DNA of 61,992 nucleotides, filler included, from Nemertoderma westbladi (taxonomy: Eukaryota; Animalia; Xenacoelomorpha), in NCBI GenBank assembly GCA_032718475.1. It is 3 parts of 3 records of this genome, joined end to end, with 100 filler letters (N's around TTAATTAATTAA, not from the genome) between each part and the next. Parts side by side here need not be neighbours in the genome. Positions count along the whole stretch, not along the records: positions 1 to 26,704 come from JAUCBJ010005834.1; 2 more parts are not named here. One strand, 5' to 3'. The notes under the pieces are model-generated. The model had not been told where the DNA came from and searched no databases. It worked only from the letters and a program-made list of their open reading frames with translations. Made by a program: the position numbers and the translations under genes. Positions 1-11,941 of the stretch are shown in pieces; the stretch's first letter is position 1, and the number at the start of each line of letters is the position of its first letter.

Positions 1-85
1 GGTTTAGTAATATAGTAAATAGCTCTTGCCCAGGCAAGGCATTGATACTGTAGATAGGGGTCACACACCCGCTTGAATATTCAAA

Positions 86-373
86 ATATATTATAAGACT
101 ATTAAGGAATTTAAACAGGACTTAGGATGATCCAACTCTACAGCAAATGGAGCGGAATAATGAATTCGCCACGAGCGGGGATCGAACCCCTATAGCAAAT
201 CAATCGGAATGATGCAGGAGCCTACGTGTTGTAGTGGTCAGCATACCTGAATGTTTATCGGGAGACGCGGGTTCGATCCCCGCTGGTGGAGAATTCATTT
301 CTTCACCTCCATTTGCTATAGAGTTGGATCATCCTAAGTCCTGTTTAAATTACTTCATAATTTTTTAATATAT
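86..373. repeat. Inverted pair of tRNA-derived SINE copies (~103 bp arms, 86-189 and 269-373)
   Basis: The reverse complement of 86-189 aligns to 269-373 (gggttcgatccccgct...gagttggatcatcctaagtcctgtttaaatt). The right copy has a tRNA-like head at 220-291 with an A-box-like tgttgtagtgg, B-box ggttcgatcc, perfect T-stem gcggg/cccgc and anticodon-like stem cctga/tcggg. Its acceptor stem is poor. Confidence 0.75.
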
Positions 374-687
374 GGATGTTAAAACATATAAATATTATAA
401 GATTAGTTGCACCCGATTATATAATATATTTAAAAAAAGCGCTATAATATACCATGTAAAATTATTATTATTCATGGGGTTGTTAGCAATTATACGTGAA
501 ACACAGAAACACGAATCGCGGTACGTCAATTGTAAGAAGTGCCAAGTTATTTAACTAACTACGACGGTACGGCAACACAAAGGCAACAAAAACTTAGGGC
601 CTTTTAGTGTTAACTTCTCGTCAACACAAGTTAAAGACAATGGGAGAATATTGTATCCGTAAATCCAACATCGTGTAGGAAATCCAT

Positions 688-894
688 TTACAGAAATACA
701 AGAGACAACGCCGCCAATATAACGATAGCGAACACTGTAGGATGTATAGTTTCAATGTTATCCGACACAGTGTCAGCCTCCCCGCATTCCTCTATGTCTT
801 CTCTATCATCAAGGTCTTCCACCAGGGCTATGGGGTGTTTGTGTTTCACCCAGTATATTTGCTTCTGGTCAGCGATAGTAGCTACGATCTCAAC
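688..894 (-). CDS. Reeler-domain protein, exon 3 (terminal): VEIVATIADQKQIYWVK...TVFAIVILAALSLVFL*
   Basis: Acceptor tttccatttag| at 895, phase 0, 69 codons to TAA. It completes the Reeler C-terminal motif (G.V..vAT.......yW), followed by an acidic linker and a terminal hydrophobic stretch typical of a GPI-anchor signal. Confidence 0.85.
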   Translation of the reverse strand, partial: VEIVATIADQKQIYWVKHKHPIALVEDLDDREDIEECGEADTVSDNIETIHPTVFAIVILAALSLVFL

Positions 895-1097
895 CTAAAT
901 GGAAACCAGTAATTTGTAAAACCAGAAAATCAATTTTAAAAAAGGCTGTAAATGTAACAGTGTAGTTCGGAAGAGTACTAATATGGTCTCGGTGACTGTG
1001 GTTGGTTGGCAAGCGACTGGAAAAAGCGCGATATGATAACCGAAAACCAACAAAGAAGAAATAAAGTAATAAGAAACCGAGACAAAATCTGGCAATC

Positions 1098-4000
1098 ACA
1101 CCCACCTTAGACCCGATATTAAACCCATCTCACACCCATATTATACCAGACCTATCAACCATACACTCACACCTAGAGACCAGATATGACAATCATAAAC
1201 CAACCTCAGGCCAGACCTGGCAGATCTGAAACCCAAGTACAACCCACCTTAGACCCGATATGAATCCCATGTACCACCCACCTTAGACCAGGTAACTCAT
1301 GCACTACCCACCTTAGACCAGATCTGTACCACCTTAGACCAGATCTGTAACCCATGTACCCACCACCTTAGACCAGATCTGTAACTCATGTACCACCCAC
1401 CTTAGACCAGATCTGTAACCCACGTACCACCCACTATTGACTCATGTGAAACCCATGTACCACCCACCTTAGACCAGATCTGCAACTCATGTACCATCCA
1501 CCTTAGAACCGATCTGAAACCCATGTACCACCCACCTTAGAACCGATCTGAAACCCATGTACCACCCACCTTAGAACAGATCTGTAACCCATGTACCACC
1601 ACCTTAGACCAGATCTGTAACTCATGCACCACCACCTTAGACCAGATCTGTAGCTCATGTACCACCCACCTTAGACCAGATCTGTAACCCATGTACCACC
1701 CACCTTAGACCAGATATGTAACCCATGTACCACCCACCTTAGACCAGATCTGTATCCCATGTACGCCCACCTTAGAACCGATCTGTAACCCATGTACCAC
1801 CCACCTTAGACCAGATTTGTAACCCATGTACCACCCACTATTGACTCATCTGAAACCCATGTACCTTCCACCTTAGAACCGATCTGTAACCCATGTACGC
1901 CCACCTTAGAACCGATCTATAACTCATGTACCACCCACTATTGACTCATCTGAAACCCATGTACCATCCACCTTAGAACAGATCTGTAACCCATGTACCA
2001 CCCACTATTGACTCATCTGAAACCCATGTACCATCCACCTTAGAACCGATCTGTAACCCATGTACCACCACAGCTTAGAACCGATCTGTAACCCATGTAC
2101 CACCACAGCTTAGACCAGATTTGTAACCCATGTACCACCCACTATTGACTCATCTGAAACCCATGTACCTTCCACCTTAGAACCGATCTGTAACCCATGT
2201 ACCATCCACCTTAGAACCGATCTGTAACTCATGTACCACCCACTATTGACTCATCTGAAACCCATGTACCATCCACCTTAGAACCGATCTGTAACCCATG
2301 AACCACCCACTATTGACTCATCTGAAACCCATGTACCATCCACCTTAGAACCGATCTGAAACCCATGTACCACAGACCTTAGAACCGATCTGTAACTCAT
2401 GTACCACCACAGCTTAGACCAGATTTGTAACCCATGTACCACCCACTATTGAATCATCTGAAACCCATGTACCATCCACCTTAGAACCGATCTGTAACCC
2501 ATGTACCACCCACCTTAGAACCGATCTGTAACCCATGTACCACCCACTTTAGAACAGATCTGTAACTAATGTACCACCACCTTAGACCAGATCTGTAACC
2601 CATGTACCACCCACTATTGACTCATCTTAAACCCATGTACCATCCACCTTAGACCCGATCTGTAACCCATGTACCACCCACTATTGATTCATCTGAAACC
2701 CATGTACCACCCACCTTAGACCCGATCTGTAACCCATGTACCACCCACCTTAGACCAGATCTGTAACCCCTGTACCACCCACTATTGACTCCTCAGAAAC
2801 CCATGTACCTTCCACCTTAGACCCGATCTGTAACCCATGCACCATCCACCTTAGAACCGATCTGTAACTCATGTACCACCCACCTTAGACCAGATCTGTA
2901 ACACATGTACCACCACCTTAGACCAGATCTGTAACCCATGTACCATCCACCTTAGACCCGATCTGTATCCCATGTACCACCACTATTGACTCATCTGAAA
3001 CCCATGTACCATCCACCTTAGACCCGATTTGAAACCCATGTACCACCCACTATTGACTCATCTGTAACTCATGTATCACCACCTTAGACCAGATTTGTAA
3101 CCAATGTACCACACACTATTGACTCATCTGAAACCCATGTACCCACCACCTTAGACCAGATTTGTAACTCATGTACCACCCACCTTAGAACAGATTTGTA
3201 ACCCATGTACCACCCACCTTAGACCAGATCTGTAACTCATGCACCACCACCTTAGACCAGATCTGTAACTCATGTACCACCCACCTTAGACCAGATCTGT
3301 AACCCATGTACCACCCACTATTGACTCATCTAAAACCCATGTACCATCCACTTTAGACCCGATCTGTAACCCATGCACCACCCACCTTAGAACCGATCTG
3401 AAACCCATGCACCACCCACCTTAGAACCGATCTGAAACCCATGTACCCAACACCTTAGACCAGATCTGTAACTTATGTACCACCCACCTTAGAACCGATC
3501 TGTAACTCATGTACCACCCACTATTGACTCATCTGAAACCCATGAACCATCCACCTTAGAACCGATCTGTAACCCATGTACCACCCACTATTGACTCATC
3601 TGAAACCCATGTACCATCCACCTTAGAACCGATCTGTAACCCATGTACCACCACAGCTTAGACTAGATTTGTAACCCATGTACCACCCACTATTGACTCA
3701 TCTGAAACCCATGTACCATCCACCTTAGAACCGATCTGTAACTCATGTACCACCACCTTAGACCAGATCTGTAACCCATGTACCACCCACTATTGAATCA
3801 TCTGAAACCCATGTAGCATCCACCTTAGAACCGATCTGTAACCCATGTACCATCCACCGTAGAACCGATCTGTAACTTATGTACCACCCACTATTGACTC
3901 ATCTGAAACCCATGTACCATCCACCTTAGAACCGATCTGTAACCCATGAACCACCCACTATTGACTCATCTGAAACCCATGTACCATCCACCTTAGAACC

Positions 4001-4659
4001 GATCTGTAACCCATGTACCACAGACCTTAGAACCGATCTGTAACTCATGTACCACCACCTTAGACCAGATTTGTAACCCATGTACCACACACTATTGACT
4101 CATCTGAAACCCATGTACCCACCACCTTAGACCAGATCTGTAACTTATGTACCACCCACCTTAGAACAGATTTGTAACCCATGTACCACCCACCTTAGAC
4201 CAGATCTGTAACTCATGCACCACCACCTTAGACCAGATCTGTAACTCATGTACCACCCACCTTAGACCAGATCTGTAACCCATGTACCACCCACTTATTG
4301 ACTCATCTAAAACCCATGTACCATCCACTTTAGACCCGATCTGTAACCCATGCACCACCCACCTTAGAACCGATCTGAAACCCATGCACCACCCACCTTA
4401 GAACCGATCTGAAACCCATGTACCCAACACCTTAGACCAGATCTGTAACTTATGTACCAACCACCTTAGACCAGATCTGTAACCCATGTACCACCACCTT
4501 AGACCAGATCTGTAACCCATGTACCACCCACCTTAGACCCGATCTGTAACCCATGTACCACCACTATTGACTCATCTGAAACCCATGTACCACCCACCTT
4601 AGAACCGATCTGAAACCCATGTACCACCACTATTGACTCATCTGAAACCCATGCACCAC
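1098..4659. repeat. 33-34 bp satellite, left block (~100 units)
   Basis: Unit ccacccaccttagaccagatctgtaacccatgta, with variant cores cttagaaccgatc, cttagacccgatc and tattgactcatc. It degenerates toward 1098. Confidence 0.95.
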
Positions 4660-5235
4660 TGTGACGGGATCCGAGGATCCCGATTTATCCAGTGTCTTAT
4701 CTACGCGTCCCGCCGTGTGTGTGTGAAAAGGAGTTCTGATGTTATTGAATAACTCTGACTATTGTTGTTCCGTATGTATAAATAGATATATAAGATAGAG
4801 TATAGGCACAGTTTAATTATTATAAAGTACCGGTAATACACTGAATGATGATGGTGGCAGCAGGCGGAGACGGTGATAAGAGTCCCGGTACTGCCCTAAC
4901 TAACTGACTTACTAAAGTGAATGAAATGACAGCAACTGGTAATATATTGCACTGGTTGGCCGTATTACATTACTCAGTGGATGCCTTCCCCCCATTGGCT
5001 AATAACTCACTTCTCACCCTCCCATCTCTCTGGGAGTGCTTCCCCCCGCTGCTGTCACTCTCTCCCTCCCGGAGGTGTAACCTCTGACACCCGCTGTGTG
5101 TTCCTTTGGGGTTTGTCGCCCCTTTTATTGGGGTGACACGAGGTTGATTGGTAATTAACCTCGTGCTCCCAATATTGCTTAAGGGTCTCGCTGGCCCAAC
5201 TTTGTGGGGTGGTTAGCGGAATTGATTCGCTAACA
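4660..5235 (-). repeat. 3' LTR of BEL/Pao element 1
   Basis: tgtgacggg...gctaaca, a direct repeat of 11942-12517. Confidence 0.95.
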
Positions 5236-5244
5236 CTCCCCCCC
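5236..5244 (-). promoter_or_regulatory. Polypurine tract
   Basis: The minus strand reads GGGGGGGAG immediately before the TG of the 3' LTR. Confidence 0.85.
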
Positions 5245-6180
5245 ATGCTATCTTCCCGGTGAGAAGATAGCATCAACCTCTAGTGCGCTTCAATTCCGCT
5301 GGAACTCGATCTATTATCGGGTGTGGGGTGGAGTTATTTTCTTGGAGTCGGCTTTCCAGGCCGCTCCCTATGGGTATGATAACGCTACCCAGTCTGACGT
5401 CTCGTGTCGGGCCGATTGTGGACTCTCACACAATTTTTGTTTCCCCAACACTCTCACCACTCTAACTCCGCTCTTACTCTCTCCCCACACCTGAATCGCA
5501 CTCGCCTGCCCTCTCTCTCGCCAGCAGCTCCTCTCCATACTCCTCTCTACTCTCTACCACTCCCTAAGGCCCTAATCTCTAATGCTACCCCTGTGCTATC
5601 ATACTATCTAACTCTCTAACTTACTAACTACTTACTATCTTCTAACTCTCTATCTTACTAACTACCTACTATCTAACTCTCTTACTAACTCTACTAGCTC
5701 TAACTAGAACTCTAACTAAAAACTCTCTAACTCTCTACTAACTCTAACTCTACTAGCTCTAACTAAAACCCTCTAACTCTCTACTAACTTTAACTCCTAA
5801 CTCTACTTAGTCTACTCCTTTCTACTCTCTACGTGGCGCTTGCGGTGCCCACAACCACCCTCTGCTACTACCTCCATCTACGTGGCGCTTCCGGTGCCCA
5901 CAACCTCTCTACTACTACTTTCTACGTGGCGCTTCCGGTGCCCACAACCCTTCTGTTACTCGTGGCATGTTAATATACCACACTCCCTTACCCGCCGACT
6001 TCTAACCTATTAACTTCTACCTAACTTTCTAACTAACTTTCTGACTACTAACTTTATCTAGCTTTCTATTTATTTTATTATTTAATTATTTTTATTATTT
6101 ATTTTTAATTAAATAATTATTTTTTGTGGGAAGGGCGTCTCGCCCTCATTCCCACCCCCCTCAGTCCAAATATTGGACGA

Positions 6181-8547
6181 CTAAACTCTAAGCTGCCCCT
6201 CGATCTTCCATCGATTCTTCCATGAGGCACTGTCCCGCTGTCCCCCTGTGCGTCCTCTTATCTGACGACCCACTTTCCCCGCCAATTCCAACTCACCAGG
6301 AATAGGCTCTCCCTCTTCCGCGACCCTAAAGTCGGGTCTCTCCGCCGCCTTCTTAACTTCCTGATCTCCTGGCAGCAGAATGCCACCCTTCATCTGGTCT
6401 CCCGGCGGCAGAATGAAAGGAAATCGGAAGAATAGATAGAACAGGACGAACAATAGTAATCCTACCCCTCTCCATCCTGTCTTCTTACTCGACCTTCCCC
6501 TTGTCAGTATGCCTCTCAACCGGACCGGCGTCTCTTCCGGACACTCCTCTGAACACTCCTCCGGACTATTGTCCTCCTGACACTCCACCGGACACTCCTC
6601 CGGTTTGTCCTCCGGACATCTCGCCGTCCGCTCCTCTCCATCTCCATACCGATACTTGCTGGGAAATCCATTCTCCTCCGCCCACTCTCTTACTTCTACT
6701 TCCCCATCTGGCTTATCTACCGTTTCTGGTCTCTCTTCTGCGTCCTCTGCGTCTACGGTGCCTGGTAACATGCACCCTGATGTCTCCGTCACTCTGGATG
6801 GAATCTTGGTTTTAACTGGGCCGCTAAGCGTCCATCCGAACGGCGTGAGGATCGCCGTCGGGTCCCGCTGCCTGTCTTCGCCGAAGACCGTCTGTGTTCT
6901 CTCGTGGGCCGTCGGGCAGTCCATTCCTACTATAATGGATACCTTCCTAACGTCCACCTCTGGTATTGAGAAATCGATACCGTCCAGGAATGTATATTGT
7001 TCGACTTCGATGTTGGTTGGTCGCCTGGCGTTGATATTTATCGATTCTATCACGTGGATGGGGTCGATCGTCGCCCCATAGTCGCATCCCGGTGCAATCG
7101 CTGATATCCTGCACCGTCCCGTCCTCATCTCCAGGACCTCATCTTTACTTGAGACGGTAGTTACCGCCATTCTATTCGGCCTCGTCTTTAGCCCTATCTC
7201 TTCGGCCACCCAGTTCTCCACCAGCGTGAAGGCTGCTCCGCTGTCGACCAGCATTAATGTCGTTACTGATCGACCGCCCTCTCCTGATATCTTCACTGGT
7301 ACTACCCCGAGTAGTACTTTTCTCTTCTTTCTTGCCACTGTCGTGCTTGTAGCCATTGTTTGGCCTCCAGTCTCGGACTCTCTCGCTGTTTCTCTACACT
7401 CTCCGGATCTGTGTCCTTCTACCACACATCGATGACATAGTCCGTTTGCGTCTGTGTAGGCTATACGATCTTGTTTGGGCAATGCTTGCCAGTGCTTACA
7501 ACTCATGGTCTTATGGGTTCCGTCCCGATGTAATTGACATTCGAATCCTGGATTATAGCGTTCCCTATATAGTCCTTCACGTATCGCGCGTAGGTTTATA
7601 TCTACCGATTTAGTGTTTTGGTTGTCTGTACTCGGCCTACTGGGTATGTTGGGATTATGTTTATTTATGGTGTTATTTTCTTTCTGTCCCTGCCACGGTG
7701 TGGCCCTACTCCCAGCTAACTGTGGGCTTGCAGCCCCCTGTGTGGCCGCGTGTGGTAGCGACTGTCTTACTCTCGGGAATGGATCTGCAGGATTGTGTTC
7801 GGGTTTAGGCCTGTTGTATTCGGTCTTTGGCGCCTTCCCCAAACTATCCTCACTATAGACTGGGTCTGTAATTAATTCGGCTTCATAGTTTAGGAAGCTC
7901 GACATTTCTTCTAGGCCCGGTTCCGCACCTTTCTTCTCCCGAGTGGAGAAGGCGATCTTCCTCCACTTGCTCCGCAGCCAGATCGGCAGTGCCTGCGCTA
8001 TCGTGGTGATGTTATTAGATGCGTTGAGTTCGTATGGCGCGTCTAGCGTCTTTAACACGATTAACGCCTTCTCGACCTTGTTCGCAAAGGTCTTTATGCT
8101 AACGGGATTATCCTGTAGGCCACCCGATGTTATACCTCTCAGGGTTTGCCGGATGATCTTGGCTGGGTGCCCGTACTCCCTGTCTAGCGCCCGCCATGCT
8201 GTCGTGAAGCCGCCCTCGATGCCCTGGTACTGCCTCACGATGTCGTATGCTGGGCCTCCTGTATACACTTGTAGATATTTTAGGCACTCCGCCTGCGTCA
8301 AGTTCTTTCTTAGTATCTCGTTACTGTACATGCGCCGAAACTGCAGGTATTCTTCCGGCCTACTCCCGTCGAATTTAAACGGTTCCACGGGTGGTAACTC
8401 GATCCTGGTCTTTAATGCATCGATTAGTGTCGCCATTCCCATTGCCTGTGCTTCCAATGGGTTCGAGGGATGCTGTACAGATTCTTCTGTTGGGTGCGGT
8501 CCGTTCGTCCTATCTGTTGTTTCTCTATGTTGCGTCGGATATATCAT
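6181..8547 (-). CDS. BEL/Pao Gag capsid-like region + zinc knuckles + aspartic protease, with a novel acidic/hydrophobic C-tail
   Basis: LPPVEPFKFDG..EY..F and AW..L..EYG (BEL gag), CxxCxxxxHxxxxC knuckle (CHRCVVEGHRSGEC), protease LVDSGA, IIVGMD...TPFGW. No RT YxDD motif. The frame stays open upstream to the poly-G run at ~8667-8689. Confidence 0.9.
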   Translation of the reverse strand: MIYPTQHRETTDRTNGPHPTEESVQHPSNPLEAQAMGMATLIDALKTRIELPPVEPFKFDGSRPEEYLQFRRMYSNEILRKNLTQAECLKYLQVYTGGPAYDIVRQYQGIEGGFTTAWRALDREYGHPAKIIRQTLRGITSGGLQDNPVSIKTFANKVEKALIVLKTLDAPYELNASNNITTIAQALPIWLRSKWRKIAFSTREKKGAEPGLEEMSSFLNYEAELITDPVYSEDSLGKAPKTEYNRPKPEHNPADPFPRVRQSLPHAATQGAASPQLAGSRATPWQGQKENNTINKHNPNIPSRPSTDNQNTKSVDINLRAIREGLYRERYNPGFECQLHRDGTHKTMSCKHWQALPKQDRIAYTDANGLCHRCVVEGHRSGECRETARESETGGQTMATSTTVARKKRKVLLGVVPVKISGEGGRSVTTLMLVDSGAAFTLVENWVAEEIGLKTRPNRMAVTTVSSKDEVLEMRTGRCRISAIAPGCDYGATIDPIHVIESININARRPTNIEVEQYTFLDGIDFSIPEVDVRKVSIIVGMDCPTAHERTQTVFGEDRQRDPTAILTPFGWTLSGPVKTKIPSRVTETSGCMLPGTVDAEDAEERPETVDKPDGEVEVREWAEENGFPSKYRYGDGEERTARCPEDKPEECPVECQEDNSPEECSEECPEETPVRLRGILTRGRSSKKTGWRGVGLLLFVLFYLFFRFPFILPPGDQMKGGILLPGDQEVKKAAERPDFRVAEEGEPIPGELELAGKVGRQIRGRTGGQRDSASWKNRWKIEGQLRV

Positions 8548-11500
8548 TGGGGGTAGCGGCCCCCTCCATATTTCCGTGTCGCACGACCTGTTCTCGTCCA
8601 GGGGGTTCGATGTTCTTATTGCTGTTCGAGTATATTGTTGATATTGTAATGGGGGAATGTCACCCTGCCCCCCCCCCCCCCCCCCCCCCCACCGGTATGT
8701 TTGGTACTGGGGTTGATGTTAATATATTGGGGCCCATACATCTATCTGCAATAACTCTCCCCTTCCCTGGATATATGTTATGTCCCTGTGTATTATAGTC
8801 ATGCTGCTGTGCCGGTACCGATATAGGCCTATCCACTTCTTGCCTACCTACCGGTATGTACTCCGCGACTTCCGGGTTTAATCCCGTCGTCCGCGCTACC
8901 CTATCGCCTACTCTATCTCTCCCAGCATGGCCTATAATAGTATGTGCAGTAAGGCCTACAGTATGTCCTGCAGTCTGCATGTGCCCTTCCGAACCGAAGT
9001 TTAGTCTTCGCGAATCTCGAATCTCCCCGCGACTACCGTACTCTCGATCGGCAGCTATATCCCGTCGGGAAGTTTCTCTTCGATCCCCTCTTCTATTCTC
9101 GTCTTCGTATCGGTACACTCTGTACCCCTCTCCTGGCGTGCGGTGCGTTTCTCCGGGGCGACGGCAATCTCCCGAAGTTCGACCCCACTGACTCCCTAAC
9201 TCCATCTCTACTATCGACGGCTCGCTATCCGTCCTCGCTCTCCGGTTGCTCCTAGCAACGACTCTTCTATTATCTTCACTTCTTCTCTCTTCGACCTCCC
9301 GATTAAACTCTACTAATCTTCTTCTATCTTCGACCTCTCGGTTAAACTCTACTAATCTTCTTCTCTCTTCTGACTGGGCTCGACGTCTCGTCGCTCGCCC
9401 ACTCTCGACGCTAACATCTGACTCTACTCTGTCCGGCTGGACCTTCCTGGGGATACTCGCCATCCCCCTACTATTCTCCGTCGTCGGGTGCCGTGGTTCA
9501 CCTAACTTGCCCCGCGCATTATCCGCCGACGCCTGTGGGACATTCTCTGCCCCCCCCCCCCCTCTCGCTACTAATCTCTCGTGGTGGGGCGCCCATAGCC
9601 CCCCCCCCCCCCCCACCCGCTACTTCTAACTTCACTATCTCTTACTACACTTCTGCGTCCCTCTTGTCGGACATTTTCTACCCCCCTTCTCTCGCTACTA
9701 ATCTCTCGTGGTGGGGCACCCGTAGCCCCCCCCCCCCCCCCACCCGCTACTTCTAACTTCACTATCTCTTACTACACTTCTGCGTCCCTCTTGTCGGACA
9801 TTTTCTACCCCTCTTCTCTCGCCACTAATCTTCCGTGGTGGGGCGCCCGTAGCCCCCCCCCCCCCCCCCCCACTCGCCACATCTAACTTCACTATATCTT
9901 ACTTCACTTCTACACCCCTCTCTAGTCGACGCACTAACTCTACTGCAGCTGGGTCTATTCACCCCCGCCTCTTCCTCTACTACTGCGTGGCCTACCAGGC
10001 CCACCTCGGGTTGACTCAACCCCGCTACTTCCTGCCTACTAACTACGTGGCCTACCAGGCCCCCCTCGGGTTGACTCAACCTCACCACTTCCTGCCTACT
10101 AACTACGCGGCCTACCAGGCCCTCATTTGCCGGGCTATGCACGTCTGCCACGTTCATATTAATAGCACCATTCCCAATATTATCTGTTAAATCAATTAAA
10201 TCTTCTAAATCAATTAAATTATTAGAATTATTAGAATTTGAGACGGGATTATTATTTAAATTATTTAAATTAGAATTATTATTATTTTCTAAATTTAAAT
10301 TATTATTCGAATTATTTTGCGCGTTTGAATTGAAATTATTATTTAGATTATTTGTATTTAAATTTAAATTACTACTACCAGGTAAAATATTATTTGCTGC
10401 AATAAAGGGATTAGGGTTATCTACTACGGTACTATTAATATTAACTACTTCTAACGTATTATTATTACCCCCCCTCCCCCCCCCCCCTGCCCATACGGCT
10501 ACACCAGTTCTGGTTCTCTCGCCCGGTGCCTGTAAGTGGGGTATTAACAGACGTTTTTACTACCTCTGGCTCCTTGTAAATACTCGAGCCAGCCTCGCTC
10601 TCTGACAGCCCCATCTGCGCCAGTTCCAGTCGGCGCTTCTGTTTGGCTTGATATTGAATAAGCCCCCTTAGGCGGGCATGTAAATCATCCCGCACACGCT
10701 TCCCCGTTGCCTCTCTCTCCATATCCTCCCGCGCACTCTGATCGGCTAATTCCGCCTCTCTCGCAACTCTCTCCAGTCGTCTCGCTTCGCGCTCTTTTCG
10801 CTCACTCTGCTCTCTCGCCTCACGCTCTTCGCGTCTATTCTGCTCTCTCGCCTCACGCTCTTCTAGCTCCTTCCTTTCTATCCTCCCTATTTCCTCACAC
10901 TCTTTAAAATTTCTCGCGACCTTTTCGGCTCTCTCTCTGTTCTCTCTAGCCAGTTCTTTCTCCTTCTCTAATAACGCACTCCCTTCTTCCAACTGTCTCT
11001 TTAATTCTCTCTGGTCTAGCGCCGCCAGATCGAGTTGGCACGCCAGATTTATTTCTGACACCCGTCTTTCTTTCGCGGAGGATGTAGCAGACTTATCGGT
11101 CGTGACGGACTCCCGTCGCCTTCCCGTCCTACTAACTTTCCCCCGCTTCCTGGAACTCTCGCCGACCGACGAGACCAAATCCTCGGGGTTAACCTCGGAT
11201 TCGCCCTCCTGCGGGCCTATCCAACCCACCAACTTAATTCCCCGGGCATCGACTAAGTATGGCCCTACATACACTACGCTAGGTTCCATACCCCTACATT
11301 CCCACAGTTCAAACAGTTTGCTGGCAACCCCTCTCGCTCTCTCATCGGCTAGTTCTCCCTGCCCAAAGCGCACTAAGTAATCAAAATGATTATTCGACTC
11401 ACCTAGCCGCTTCTCTAGCTTTACCTCGTCTATCTTGGCCCCTCCTCTGGCTTCGCTGAGTTGCTTTCAGGTCGCGTTATAGGCTCGTCGGAGCCGGTCG

Positions 11501-11845
11501 CTTACCCCGACGTCCTCATCGCCGACGTCCCCTCTTTCTCTCCGTGTTCGGCATCGTACCGGCGGCCCCACCGTCGCTGTTCCGGTGGGCCGTCCGTCAC
11601 CCGCGGCCTGTGGCTGGCCGGCGACATCGGTACGTCGACCCCCCGCCGTGTGTCGACTCGTCTCTCCCTTCTCTCGACTCGTCTCTCCCTCGCTGTGGTA
11701 GACGGCCGCCCTCCGCCTGGGCGGCCGGACCGTCTCTCGTCGACGAATCCGGCCTCGTGGGTCGATACCATCTCGTCGCGGCCTCGCGGATCATTAGGTC
11801 GCCGTCCGGGGTCCACGGCTGTGTCGTCTCTCCTTCTCGACTCAT
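8548..11845 (-). pseudogene. N-terminal low-complexity part of the same Gag (coiled coil, Asn-rich tract, Gly/Arg repeats), split by frameshifts
   Basis: ORFs 10465-11373, 9825-10157 and 8660-9616 mostly break at long C/G homopolymers, and the frames can be rejoined across these runs. The breaks may be homopolymer sequencing errors. Confidence 0.65.
9566..9905. repeat. ~127 bp tandem repeat with poly-C (about 2.7 copies) inside gag
   Basis: ctactaatctctcgtggtggggc...(C)n acccgctacttctaacttcactat recurs near 9568, 9695 and 9822. Confidence 0.85.
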
Positions 11846-11941
11846 CTTTAGTCTCTACTTGGTCGGTGGCTGGTGACTGTCAGTTAGAGTTTGGGTATCT
11901 TGTCTCTATCGCGGTATCGGGCAGTTGCTGGTTCTTATCAC

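Noticed and set aside
220-291. tRNA gene
   Set aside because: The acceptor stem does not pair well and the sequence continues into a repeated SINE body.
6501-9756. Plus-strand ORFs over element 1
   Set aside because: Antisense shadows of the GC-rich gag frame, with no motifs.
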